Source of the DNA: Pseudomonas aeruginosa
GTDB lineage: Bacteria > Pseudomonadota > Gammaproteobacteria > Pseudomonadales > Pseudomonadaceae
NCBI RefSeq assembly: GCF_001457615.1
Contig: NZ_LN831024.1
Coordinates: 2,280,001 to 2,312,000, forward strand
Reading direction: 5' to 3'
Length of the DNA stretch: 32,000 nt
Position numbers and translations under genes: made by a program. Under the pieces are notes generated by a model, which worked only from the letters and a program-made list of their open reading frames with translations, did not search any database and was not told where the DNA came from. Numbering within the stretch: the first letter of the stretch is position 1; every line of letters starts with the position of its first letter. Shown in pieces: positions 1 through 8,595 of this stretch.

Positions 1-578
<578 letters not shown>

Positions 579-658
579 TCAGGTTGATGGGGCCGAGGGG
601 CGCGTCCTGCCAGCCATCGCCCGAATCCTTCCGGGAGAACCGCTTCGCTGTCCCTTGC

Positions 659-673
659 GCAGGAACCGTGCCA
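659..673 (-). promoter_or_regulatory. RpoN (sigma54) -24/-12 promoter upstream of lipA
   Basis: Complement of 657-675 reads GC-TGGCAC-GGTTC-CTGC-GC. The GG and GC dinucleotides are spaced exactly as in the consensus TGGCAC-N5-TTGC. It lies about 85-95 nt upstream of the lipA ATG. lipA expression is known to be RpoN/CbrAB dependent. Confidence 0.6.
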
Positions 674-761
674 GCTTCGGCTTTTTTCCTCCAGGCCAGG
701 AAATCCGCGGCTTCCTGGCGGCCGGTCATAACCTGCGTGGCAGAGCGGAAGAGGCGGGTTG

Positions 762-1343
762 TTACGGCGCGAAACGCTCGTTTGAATCTTCCCCGCACAA
801 CGCCCAGCGACCGAGTGTGCGGTAGCGCACGCCCGCGGCGTCGTTTTGCGAGCAAAACAGGCTGAAATGGTCGACCTGCCATACGAAGGTTGGGGGTGGC
901 GGGGCGTCCTCCAGCGGCGCGGCATCGCGAGCCAGGGTCAGATGGGCGCTGAATGAGCGGGTTTCCACGGGCAGCTCCAGTTCGGCAAGGCCGGAGCGCA
1001 GGGCGCGGCGCAGGCGCAGGAGGGCGCCGGGCGGTTGGCTGGGGGCCAGCAGCAGGATGCCGTTTCTCCAGCGCAGCAGGCGGTCGAGATACAGGTCGAA
1101 GGGCGCGGCCTCGATGGCCGCGGCCATGTCCAGCAGGGCCTCGAGCCGAGCGGACGGGACCTGCCCGAGGAAGGCCAGGGTCAGGTGCAGGTTCGCCGTC
1201 GCCACCTGGCGTCCGGGCAGTGGCCGGTCATCGCGCCACCGGCCGATCCGCTCGGCGAGGGGAGGTGGGCAGGGCAGGGCGAAGAACAGGCGAAGAAAGC
1301 GATCGGGCATGGGCGCCTCCGCGTGTTTCTTGACAGTCTCCAT
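762..1343 (-). CDS. ligT: 2'-5' RNA ligase / 2',3'-cyclic phosphodiesterase (2H phosphoesterase, LigT/ThpR)
   Basis: 193-aa ORF with two H-x-T-x motifs (LHLTLAF and AHLTLAR) diagnostic of the 2H phosphoesterase family. The true start may be the internal ATG at 1310 (MPDRFLRLFFAL...). Confidence 0.88.
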   Translation of the reverse strand: METVKKHAEAPMPDRFLRLFFALPCPPPLAERIGRWRDDRPLPGRQVATANLHLTLAFLGQVPSARLEALLDMAAAIEAAPFDLYLDRLLRWRNGILLLAPSQPPGALLRLRRALRSGLAELELPVETRSFSAHLTLARDAAPLEDAPPPPTFVWQVDHFSLFCSQNDAAGVRYRTLGRWALCGEDSNERFAP

Positions 1344-1486
1344 GCGGCTTTTCTAGGATGCGCGTGCGCCGATTTAAACAGCAACTTGCGGGGCGCCCGG
1401 CAGCAGCCGAAATACCGCTAAAGCGCTGGCTCGGTGTTGCCTCTCACCGCTGTCCAGCGGGACCGAAGAGGCGGAGACATGACGTC

Positions 1487-1804
1487 ATGACCTGTCCCAG
1501 CACGCAATTGCGCCTGGCACCCATCACCACCGGCCTGGTCCGGCGGAACCCGAGGATTCTCCTCAGCGGCCCGCACCAGCCGACCCTCGTCCGTTACCTC
1601 GAAGGCTGGCCGAAGCGCTGGAACGGTTCGCGTACCTTCCTTATCCAGTTCGCCCAGGACGGCAAGGACCTGGCGCGCTTCCCCAGCGACGCGTTCGACT
1701 TCGCCGTGGTCCAGGCCCCCGAGGCGGAAGACCTGGACCTGGTGGTCCGGCAACTGATCCGGGTCGCCCGCCAGGGCCTGATCACCCGCCGCATCCTGCG
1801 CTGA
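1487..1804 (+). CDS. Conserved hypothetical protein, 105 aa
   Basis: Nearly every codon ends in G/C, the strong GC3 signature of real P. aeruginosa genes. I trimmed the ORF-track start (1358) to ATG 1487, which follows a purine-rich GAAGAGGCGGAGA stretch. I recognise no motif. Confidence 0.7.
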   Translation: MTCPSTQLRLAPITTGLVRRNPRILLSGPHQPTLVRYLEGWPKRWNGSRTFLIQFAQDGKDLARFPSDAFDFAVVQAPEAEDLDLVVRQLIRVARQGLITRRILR

Positions 1805-1816
1805 GCGCGTGGCCTC

Positions 1817-2323
1817 TCAGGGCGCCGGCGGATACTCGATCTCGACGACGAACCAGAGCTTTTCCCCGGCCGGGGTGCGCACCAGCACCTCGGCGTCCAG
1901 CTCCTTGCCGACCAGTGCGCGGGCGAGCGGCGAGTCGATGCTGATCTGGTTGTTGCGCAGGTCCAGTTCGTCGGGGCCGACGATGCGATAGCGGGCCTGC
2001 TCGCCGTCTTCGTCTTCCAGGGTCACCCAGGCGCCGAAGTACACCCGGTTCGGATCCGCCGGCCGCTCGCCGACCACTTTCAGGTTCTCCAGGCGCTTGC
2101 GCAGGAAGCGCACGCGGCTGTCGATCTCGCGCAGCATCTTCTTGCCGTAGATGTATTCGGCGTTTTCCGAGCGATCGCCGAGGGCGGCGGCTTCGCTGAC
2201 CGCCTGGGTCACCTGGGGTCGGCGCACGTGCCAGAGTTCATGCAGCTCTGCGCGTAACCGCGCGGCGCCCTCCGGAGTGATCAGCGGGGTGCCGGCGGTG
2301 CGCGGTGGACGATAGCGACTCAT
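1817..2323 (-). CDS. greB: Transcription elongation (transcript cleavage) factor GreB
   Basis: 168 aa. It aligns along its length with E. coli GreB (…[12 protein letters not shown]…[27 protein letters not shown]…[11 protein letters not shown]…). Confidence 0.95.
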   Translation of the reverse strand: MSRYRPPRTAGTPLITPEGAARLRAELHELWHVRRPQVTQAVSEAAALGDRSENAEYIYGKKMLREIDSRVRFLRKRLENLKVVGERPADPNRVYFGAWVTLEDEDGEQARYRIVGPDELDLRNNQISIDSPLARALVGKELDAEVLVRTPAGEKLWFVVEIEYPPAP

Positions 2324-2374
2324 GGTTCGGGTGGTTCCACAAATGAACGGATGAAAGCCTGCCAGTGTATCCGA

Positions 2375-4876
2375 TCAGCCCTCGCGCAGGACCCGCAGCG
2401 GGCTGCTGTTGAGGGCGCGACGGGTACCCAGCAGGCCGGCGCCGCCTACCAGCACGGCGCCTACCAGAGGCAGCGCGAGCAACCAGGGGTGCGCTTGCCA
2501 CGGCAGGTCGAAGACCAGTCGGTAGAGCAGCAGGCTGACCGCCTCGCAGCCGAGCGCCGCGAGCAGGCCGCTGACTGCGCCGAGCAGGGCGAACTCGACC
2601 CGCCGGGTACGTTGCAGCAACTCGCGCTCGGCACCCAGCGCGCGCAGCAGGGCACCCTGGCGCACGCGCTCGTCGAGGGTCGCCTGGAGACCGGCGAAGA
2701 GCACCACGAAGCCCGCCGCGAGAACGAACACCAGCACGTACTCCACGGCCAGGGTGACCTGGTCGAGGATGCTCCGCAGCTGGCTCAGCAGGGCGTCTAC
2801 CGGCAGCAGGGTGACGGTGGGGAAGGCTCGGGCCAGTTCGATCAGGTCGCGTTCCTGGCTGGCCGGCAGGTAGAAGCTGGTCAGGTAGGTCACCGGCAGG
2901 TCGGTCAGGGTGCCGGGCTGGAAGACCATGAAGAAGTTCGGCTGGAAATTGTCCCACTTCACCTTGCGCAGGCTCTGGACCTGGACCTCGCGATTCTGCC
3001 CGGCGACGCTGAAGGTGAGCCGGTCGCCGACCTGGATACGCAGGTTGGCGGCCAGCTTCTCTTCCACCGACACGCCCGGCAGGGCCCCCGGCTGCGGCGC
3101 GCTCCACCAGCGTCCGGCGGTGAGCTGGTTGCCGGAGGGCAGTCGCTCTGACCAGGTCAGGCCGAGGTCGCGCTGCAGGGCACGCTCGCTGCGCACGTCT
3201 TCGTCGAGCGCCTGGACCGGCTTGCCGTTCACCGCTACCAGGCGCCCGGGAACCATGGGGAACAGCGGCTCGGCGCCGGGGGAGAGCTTTTGCACGCGAC
3301 GTTCGAAGGCGTCCTTTTCCGTCGGCAGGATGTTCAGGGCGAAATGGTTGGGGGCGTCCGGCGGCAACTGGGCCTGCCAGGTATCCAGCAGTTCGCCGCG
3401 AAGCAGGGCGATCAGGGCCATGGCCAGCAGGATCAGGCCGAAGGCCAGGCTCTGTCCGGCGGCGGCCAGCGGGTGCCGCAACAACTGGCCGAGTCCCAGC
3501 CGCCATGGCAGGCTGGCACGCGCCAGTGCCCGGCGCAGGCCGTTCAGGCCGAGCAGCAGGAGGGCGCCGAGCACCAGCGTGGCGACCAGGCCGCCGCCGA
3601 GCAGGGCGAGGGTCAGCTTCAGGTCGAGACTCAACCGCCACATGATCAGGCCCAGGGCGAGCAGGGCGCAGGCGTAGGCCATCCAGGTGCGCATCGGCAC
3701 CGGCAGCAGGTCGCTGCGCAGGACCCGCAACGGCGGTACCCGGCCCAGGGCTGCCAGCGGCGGCAGGGCGAAGCCGGCCAGTGCTACCAGGCCGGTGGCG
3801 ATCCCGGCGAAGGCGGGGAACAGGCCGCCGGCTGGTACGTCCGGCGGCAGCAGCGTGGCGAGCAGGCGGAACAGGCCGAGCTGCGCCAACCAGCCGAGCA
3901 GGGCGCCGATGGCGCTGGCGAGCAGGCCCAGCAGCAATAGTTGCAGCGCGTAGAGGAGCAGGGTTTCGCTGCGCGACAGACCGAGGCAGCGCAGCAGCGC
4001 GCTGGCGTCGTAGCGCCGTGCGGCGAAACGGGCGGCGGACAGCGCCACGGCGACGCCGGCGAGCAGCACCGCGGCCAGGCTGGCCAGGTTCAGGTAGCGC
4101 TCGGCACGGCCGAGGGCATCGCCCACCTGGCGGTTGCCGTCGCGGGCATCCTGCAGGCGCTGGTTGGCGGCGAGGCTGCCCTTGACCTGCTGGCGATAGG
4201 CCTGGAGGGCTTCCGGCGGGCCTTCCCACAGATCGCGGTAGCGCACCCGGCTGCCCGGCTGGACCACCCCGGTGGCATCGAGGTCGGCCAGGCTCATCAT
4301 GGCGCGGGGCGTCAGGCTGTAGAAGTCGCCGGCGCGGTCCGGCTCGTAGGTGAGGATGCGCGCGATGCGCAGCGGCTTGCGGCCGATCTCGATGCTGTCG
4401 CCGACCTTCAGGTCGAGGCTGACCAGCAGGCGCGATTCGACCCATACCTCGCCCGCCTGCGGACGACCGCCGGCCTGCTCGGCGGCGAACGGCGCGGCAG
4501 CGCTCTTGAGCTGCCCGCGCAGGGGGTAGCGGTCGCCGACCGCCTTGATGCTGCTGAGCTGGATGCCCTGGTCGGTGGCGATCACGCTGGAAAACTCGAC
4601 GCTGTCGGCGTGGCGCAGGCCCAGACGGGTGCCGCGTTCGATCTGTTCGGCGCTTGCCGGCTGGGTACCGTTGAGCACCAGGTCGGCGCCGAGGAACTCG
4701 GCGGCGCGGGCGAGCATGGCGCCGTTCAGGCGGGCACTGAAATAGCCGATGGCGGTGCTCGAGGCGACCGCGATCAGCAGGGCGAAGAACAGCACGCGCA
4801 GCTCGCCGCTGCGCGACTCGCGGAACAATTGGCGACCGGCGAGGCTCAGCAGGCGGGAGAGGGGCACCGGCTTCAT
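2375..4876 (-). CDS. ybbP: ABC transporter permease with two fused FtsX/MacB-type modules (YbbP family)
   Basis: 833 aa. It has two repeats of TM helix, large periplasmic loop and three-TM cluster, which is the FtsX/MacB/LolCE architecture. Its start overlaps the ybbA stop by 1 nt (TGATG). Confidence 0.9.
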   Translation of the reverse strand: MKPVPLSRLLSLAGRQLFRESRSGELRVLFFALLIAVASSTAIGYFSARLNGAMLARAAEFLGADLVLNGTQPASAEQIERGTRLGLRHADSVEFSSVIATDQGIQLSSIKAVGDRYPLRGQLKSAAAPFAAEQAGGRPQAGEVWVESRLLVSLDLKVGDSIEIGRKPLRIARILTYEPDRAGDFYSLTPRAMMSLADLDATGVVQPGSRVRYRDLWEGPPEALQAYRQQVKGSLAANQRLQDARDGNRQVGDALGRAERYLNLASLAAVLLAGVAVALSAARFAARRYDASALLRCLGLSRSETLLLYALQLLLLGLLASAIGALLGWLAQLGLFRLLATLLPPDVPAGGLFPAFAGIATGLVALAGFALPPLAALGRVPPLRVLRSDLLPVPMRTWMAYACALLALGLIMWRLSLDLKLTLALLGGGLVATLVLGALLLLGLNGLRRALARASLPWRLGLGQLLRHPLAAAGQSLAFGLILLAMALIALLRGELLDTWQAQLPPDAPNHFALNILPTEKDAFERRVQKLSPGAEPLFPMVPGRLVAVNGKPVQALDEDVRSERALQRDLGLTWSERLPSGNQLTAGRWWSAPQPGALPGVSVEEKLAANLRIQVGDRLTFSVAGQNREVQVQSLRKVKWDNFQPNFFMVFQPGTLTDLPVTYLTSFYLPASQERDLIELARAFPTVTLLPVDALLSQLRSILDQVTLAVEYVLVFVLAAGFVVLFAGLQATLDERVRQGALLRALGAERELLQRTRRVEFALLGAVSGLLAALGCEAVSLLLYRLVFDLPWQAHPWLLALPLVGAVLVGGAGLLGTRRALNSSPLRVLREG

Positions 4877-5559
4877 CAGGGTTCGACCCGGTCGATCAGG
4901 CGTCCGCTTTCCAGACGGATCAGGCGCCGGCAGCGATGCGCCAGACGCTCGTCGTGGGTAACCAGGACCAGGGTGGTACCGCGTTCGCGGTTGAGTTCGA
5001 AGAGCAGGTCGCTGATCCGCTCGCCGGTGGCGCTGTCGAGGTTGCCGGTGGGTTCGTCGGCGAACAGCACGTCCGGCTCCGCCGCGAAGGCACGGGCAAT
5101 GGCGACCCGCTGCTGCTCGCCGCCGGAGAGCTGGCGCGGATAGTGGCCCAGGCGTTGGCCGAGGCCGACTCGCTCGAGCAGTTCTCTGGCGCGCTGGCGA
5201 GCGTCGGCGCGGCCTTCCAGCTCCAGGGGCAGCATCACGTTCTCCAGCGCATCGAGGCTGTCGAGCAACTGGAACGACTGGAACACGAAGCCTACATGGG
5301 CCGCGCGGACGCGCGCACGCTGGTCCTCGTCGAGGTCGCCGAGGGCGTGCCCGGCGAGACGGACCTCGCCGCCGCTGGGCTGGTCGAGCCCGGCGAGCAG
5401 GCCGAGCAGGGTCGACTTGCCGGAGCCGGAACTGCCGACGATCGCCAGGCTGTCGCCGCGGGCGAGGTCGAGGGAGAGGTCGTGGAGGATGGTCAACTTG
5501 CCTTCCGCGCTACCGACAACCTTGCTAAGGTTCTGCGCGTTGAGAATGCTGGCGCTCAT
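4876..5559 (-). CDS. ybbA: ABC transporter ATP-binding protein (YbbA / LolD-MacB-type NBD)
   Basis: 227 aa with Walker [10 protein letters not shown], signature LSGGEQQR and Walker B LFADEPT. Confidence 0.95.
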   Translation of the reverse strand: MSASILNAQNLSKVVGSAEGKLTILHDLSLDLARGDSLAIVGSSGSGKSTLLGLLAGLDQPSGGEVRLAGHALGDLDEDQRARVRAAHVGFVFQSFQLLDSLDALENVMLPLELEGRADARQRARELLERVGLGQRLGHYPRQLSGGEQQRVAIARAFAAEPDVLFADEPTGNLDSATGERISDLLFELNRERGTTLVLVTHDERLAHRCRRLIRLESGRLIDRVEP

Positions 5560-5569
5560 GGAGGTTCCG

Positions 5570-6175
5570 ATGCGTGCATTGCTGTTGAGCGGCTGCCTGG
5601 CCCTGGTCCTGCTGACCCAGCAGGCCGCGGCGCAGACGCTGTTGGTCGTGGGCGATAGTATCAGCGCCGCTTTGGGACTGGATACCAGCCAGGGCTGGGT
5701 CGCCCTGTTGCAGAAGCGCCTCGCCGACGAAGGTTACGACTACCGGGTGGTGAACGCCTCGATCAGCGGCGACACCTCCGCGGGCGGCCTGGCGCGCCTG
5801 CCGGCGCTGCTTGCCGAGGAGAAGCCGGCGCTGGTGGTGATCGAGCTGGGAGGCAACGACGGGCTGCGCGGAATGGCGCCGGCGCAATTGCAACAGAATC
5901 TTGCCAGCATGGCGCAAAAGGCCCGGGCGGAAGGGGCGAAGGTGCTGCTGCTGGGTATCCAGTTGCCGCCGAACTACGGCCCGCGCTACATCGAGGCCTT
6001 TTCCAGGGTCTACGGCGCGGTCGCGGCGCAGGAAAAGACCGCCCTGGTGCCGTTTTTCCTCGAAGGGGTCGGCGGGGTCCAGGGGATGATGCAGGCGGAT
6101 GGCATCCATCCGGCGCTCGCCGCCCAGCCGAGGCTCCTGGAAAATGTCTGGCCGACGCTGAAACCGCTGCTTTGA
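5570..6175 (+). CDS. tesA: Periplasmic SGNH/GDSL esterase - acyl-CoA thioesterase I / lysophospholipase (TesA)
   Basis: Start ATG 5570 is preceded by GGAGG (5560-5564). The protein begins with the signal peptide MRALLLSGCLALVLLTQQAAAQ followed by the VVGDSIS block I motif. Length is 201 aa. The ORF-track start at 5417 is a shadow extension into ybbA. Confidence 0.94.
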   Translation: MRALLLSGCLALVLLTQQAAAQTLLVVGDSISAALGLDTSQGWVALLQKRLADEGYDYRVVNASISGDTSAGGLARLPALLAEEKPALVVIELGGNDGLRGMAPAQLQQNLASMAQKARAEGAKVLLLGIQLPPNYGPRYIEAFSRVYGAVAAQEKTALVPFFLEGVGGVQGMMQADGIHPALAAQPRLLENVWPTLKPLL

Positions 6176-6230
6176 GACTTCCCCGGGAAACCGCTTTCGG
6201 CTAAGGTTGCGCACCCCTCAGGAGCCCCCC

Positions 6231-6509
6231 ATGCCGCGTCCCGCCTGGACCCTCTACGCCTATCAACTGATCGAGCCCGACGATCAGCTGGACCTGTTCG
6301 CCTGTCGCGAGGTCCGGGTGCATGTGGTGGCGCGTCAGCTGGAGCTGGATACCCCGGCGGACCGCACGCTTTGCGGCAAGCTGCTGCCGGCACAGCCGCG
6401 CTGGCAGCCGCTGGAACGGGCGCGTCTGCGCGACCGGCTGCTGTGTCCCGATTGCCGGAAACAACTGGAGGCGGAAAAGCGCGGGGAGCGCCTGTCCTGG
6501 TTGGTCTGA
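6231..6509 (+). CDS. Small conserved hypothetical protein, 92 aa, with four Cys including CPDC
   Basis: ATG 6231 is preceded by AGGAG (6220-6224) and the frame has high GC3. Cys residues sit in FACREV, LCGKL and CPDC contexts. I cannot assign a family. Confidence 0.7.
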   Translation: MPRPAWTLYAYQLIEPDDQLDLFACREVRVHVVARQLELDTPADRTLCGKLLPAQPRWQPLERARLRDRLLCPDCRKQLEAEKRGERLSWLV

Positions 6510-6586
6510 GCCCTCCCGGTGAAACCTGGCGGGGTGTTACACTGTCTTTCCTACTCCCTCATCGCACTCGCCAAGGATTCTCCGGA

Positions 6587-7558
6587 ATGTTGTCGCGCGT
6601 ACCCGTTGTCTCACTGTCTTTCGCCGCGCTGCTTTCGGCCGGCTCCGCATCGGCCCTGGAACTGCAGCTCCCGCCTCCGGGCGAGGACGTTGTCGGCCAG
6701 GTCCAGGTGATCAAGGCCAAGTACGAGGACACTTTCGCCGACCTCGGCGAGCAGTACAACCTGGGCTACAGCGAAATGGTCGCCGCCAACCCCGGCGTCG
6801 ATCCCTGGCTGCCGGGCGTCGGCACCGAGGTGATCATCCCGACCCGCTTCGTGCTGCCGCCTGGCCCGCGCGAAGGCGTGGTGATCAACCTGGCCGAGTA
6901 CCGCCTGTACTACTACCCGAAAGGGCAGAACGTGGTGCACACCTATCCGCTGGGCATCGGCCGCGAGGGCTGGGGTTCGCCGATCGCGAACACCCGCATC
7001 ACCGCCAAGACCAAGGACCCGGCCTGGTATCCGCCGGCCTCGATCCGCGCCGAGCACGCCGCCGATGGCGATCCGCTGCCGACCGTGGTGCCGCCGGGCC
7101 CGGACAATCCGCTGGGACCGTACAAGCTGACCCTGGGTGTGCCGGGCTACCTGATCCATGGTTCGAACAAGAAGTTCGGCATCGGCACCCGCACCAGCCA
7201 TGGCTGCTTCCGCATGTACAACGCCGACGTGACCCACCTGTTCTCGATGATCAGCGTCGGCACCAGCGTGCGTATCATCAACGAGCCCTACAAGTTCGGC
7301 GTGAGCAACGGCAAGGTCTACCTGGAGGCGCATACGCCGCTGAACGACCATGGCGACCCGTCGGTGGTGGATAAGCACACCGCGGTGATCAATACCCTGC
7401 TCAAGCGCGACGACCTGGCCAAGCGTATCCAGTTGAACTGGGACGTGGTCCGCGAAGTGGTGGCCTCGGAGGATGGCGTGCCGGTGGAAATCGCCCAGGA
7501 ATCGGCGCCGGCGATGACCGCGACGGTGGATAGCGATCCTACCCAGCTTACGCCCTGA
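6587..7558 (+). CDS. L,D-transpeptidase (YkuD/ErfK-YbiS-YcfS family) with N-terminal signal peptide and LysM-like segment
   Basis: Start ATG 6587 (AAGGA at 6573-6577). Signal peptide is MLSRVPVVSLSFAALLSAGSASA. The catalytic motif IHGSNKKFGIGTRTSHGCFRM matches the H-x(n)-SHGC-x-R-M signature of YkuD. Confidence 0.9.
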   Translation: MLSRVPVVSLSFAALLSAGSASALELQLPPPGEDVVGQVQVIKAKYEDTFADLGEQYNLGYSEMVAANPGVDPWLPGVGTEVIIPTRFVLPPGPREGVVINLAEYRLYYYPKGQNVVHTYPLGIGREGWGSPIANTRITAKTKDPAWYPPASIRAEHAADGDPLPTVVPPGPDNPLGPYKLTLGVPGYLIHGSNKKFGIGTRTSHGCFRMYNADVTHLFSMISVGTSVRIINEPYKFGVSNGKVYLEAHTPLNDHGDPSVVDKHTAVINTLLKRDDLAKRIQLNWDVVREVVASEDGVPVEIAQESAPAMTATVDSDPTQLTP

Positions 7559-7579
7559 CGGAGAGCGTCGAGGCAGAGG

Positions 7580-7610
7580 CCCGCGTACCCGCAAGGGACG
7601 CGGGTTTTTT
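7580..7610 (+). terminator. Rho-independent terminator of the L,D-transpeptidase gene
   Basis: CCCGCGTaCCC-GCAA-GGGACGCGGG stem-loop followed by TTTTTT (7605-7610). Confidence 0.85.
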
Positions 7611-7633
7611 CATGCCCGGCGAAACGCAGGCAT

Positions 7634-7662
7634 AAAAAAACCGGCCCCGAGGGACCGGTTTT
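7634..7662 (-). terminator. Rho-independent terminator of oprI
   Basis: Reverse strand reads AACCGGTCCC-TCGG-GGCCGGTT followed by TTTTTTT (complement of the A-run 7634-7640), about 20 nt after the oprI stop. Confidence 0.85.
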
Positions 7663-7681
7663 CAACAGGTCGTGAGACCTA

Positions 7682-7933
7682 TTACTTGCGGCTGGCTTTT
7701 TCCAGCATGCGCAGGGCACGCTCGTTAGCCTCGTCAGCGGTCTGCTGAGCTTTCTGAGCAGCGCCCAGAGCTTCGTCAGCCTTGCGATAGGCTTCGTCAG
7801 CGCGAGCCTGAGCACGAGCAGCTGCGTCTTCGGTAGCGGTCAGACGAGCTTCGGTTTCTTTGGAGTGGCTGCTGCAACCGGTGGCCAGAACAGCAGCCAG
7901 AGCCAGAGCAGAGAATTTCAGAACGTTGTTCAT
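7682..7933 (-). CDS. oprI: Major outer-membrane lipoprotein I (Braun lipoprotein analogue)
   Basis: The 83-aa sequence [31 protein letters not shown]...LEKASRK has the lipobox LATGC, an alanine-rich coiled coil and a C-terminal Lys. It matches OprI as I remember it. Confidence 0.97.
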
Positions 7934-8000
7934 CGTGTTCCCCTTAAGGTGGACATTTCCATAACAGCAATCTCCCCAGCCGGGGAAATTAGCCGGCTAC

Positions 8001-8028
8001 ATACTACCCATTACTTGTAGTAAGTAAA
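8001..8028 (-). promoter_or_regulatory. Putative sigma70 promoter of oprI
   Basis: Reverse strand reads TTTACT (8028-8023), a 16-nt spacer, then TAGTAT (8006-8001). An A9 tract lies further upstream (complement of T-run 8053-8061). This would give a 5' UTR of about 60 nt. The assignment rests on sequence match only. Confidence 0.35.
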
Positions 8029-8305
8029 CTGACCAAGCGCAAGCCGAGCAACTTTTTTTTTAGTCCCCCCGACTTTAGCAGTAGTTGGAGTGTCGTTTGT
8101 TCAAAAAATATCCAGCGTGCGGCGCAAGTAAGCAATTTCCCGGACCTTGGGTAGAGTTGCTGCAAGAGGCGGGGGATGAGGGCTGCCGGGTTGTCGAGAA
8201 TGTTCCGCCGGAGTGGCTGGCGCTTATCGACTTGGCGGGGAGTGGCAAGTAACAACTAAGTTGCCAGCATGTTGCCGGAAATGCCGTAAGTATTGGTGCG
8301 GAAAT

Positions 8306-8340
8306 GAAAAAGGCCCGGCTAACTTGATTAGCCGGGCCTT
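8306..8340 (-). terminator. Rho-independent terminator of tRNA-Ser
   Basis: Reverse strand reads AAGGCCCGGCTAA-TCAAG-TTAGCCGGGCCTT followed by TTTTCATTT, about 10 nt after the tRNA 3' end. Confidence 0.85.
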
Positions 8341-8349
8341 CTTGCGATC

Positions 8350-8439
8350 TGGCGGTGAGGGAGGGATTCGAACCCTCGATACGGTTTCCCGTATACACAC
8401 TTTCCAGGCGTGCTCCTTCAACCACTCGGACACCTCACC
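8350..8439 (-). tRNA. tRNA-Ser (anticodon GGA), class II tRNA with long variable arm and encoded CCA
   Basis: Reverse strand reads GGTGAGGTGTCCGAGTGGTTGAAGGAGCACGCCTGGAAAGTGTGTATACGGGAAACCGTATCGAGGGTTCGAATCCCTCCCTCACCGCCA. The acceptor stem is 7 bp, the anticodon loop is CTGGAAA, the variable arm is ATACGG-GAAA-CCGTAT, and the T-arm is GAGGG-TTCGAAT-CCCTC. Confidence 0.97.
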
Positions 8440-8474
8440 AGGTTCTCGACAGCGCCGTGTCTGTCGAGGCGCGC

Positions 8475-8525
8475 AATTTACTCGAACATTTCCCGCTTGG
8501 CAAATATTTTTTTAACTTTTTCATC
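8475..8525 (-). promoter_or_regulatory. Strong sigma70 promoter of tRNA-Ser with UP element and GC-rich discriminator
   Basis: Reverse strand reads TTGCCA (8503-8498), a 17-nt spacer, TAAATT (8480-8475), then the GCGCGC discriminator. An A/T-rich stretch (AAAAAGTTAAAAAAATAT) lies immediately upstream of the -35. Confidence 0.6.
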
Positions 8526-8595
8526 GGCTTAGGTCGTCGGAGGAAAGTCCGCGGGGTGCCTTGGTAGACTGCCGGGCACGAATGAGGAGAGGCGG

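Noticed and set aside
2238-4445. 735-aa reverse-strand ORF (plus several 130-400-aa forward ORFs) overlapping the ybbP permease gene
   Set aside because: It is out of frame with a homology-supported gene. Its composition is extremely Arg/Pro/Ala/Gly-rich with no motifs. This is a typical shadow ORF caused by stop-codon scarcity in high-GC DNA.
6535-6540. Second TGTTAC hexamer (CbrB-like half-site) upstream of the L,D-transpeptidase gene
   Set aside because: It is a single hexamer with no GTAACA partner at N12 and no sigma54 promoter nearby, so it is likely chance.
8075-8110. AlgU/sigmaE-like GAACAA-N16-TGCTAA upstream of oprI
   Set aside because: The -10 part does not match the TCTGA consensus, so it is only a partial resemblance.
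8350-8439. tRNA-Ser as a genomic-island integration hotspot
   Set aside because: There is no integrase, no direct repeat of the tRNA 3' end, and no foreign-looking GC shift or cargo genes on either side. The flanking genes (oprI, earP-efp) are core genes, so the site appears unoccupied.
8004-8515. ORFs of 69-116 aa in the oprI-tRNA spacer and across the tRNA gene
   Set aside because: They overlap the tRNA or terminators, have low GC3 with many rare codons, and lack ribosome-binding sites.
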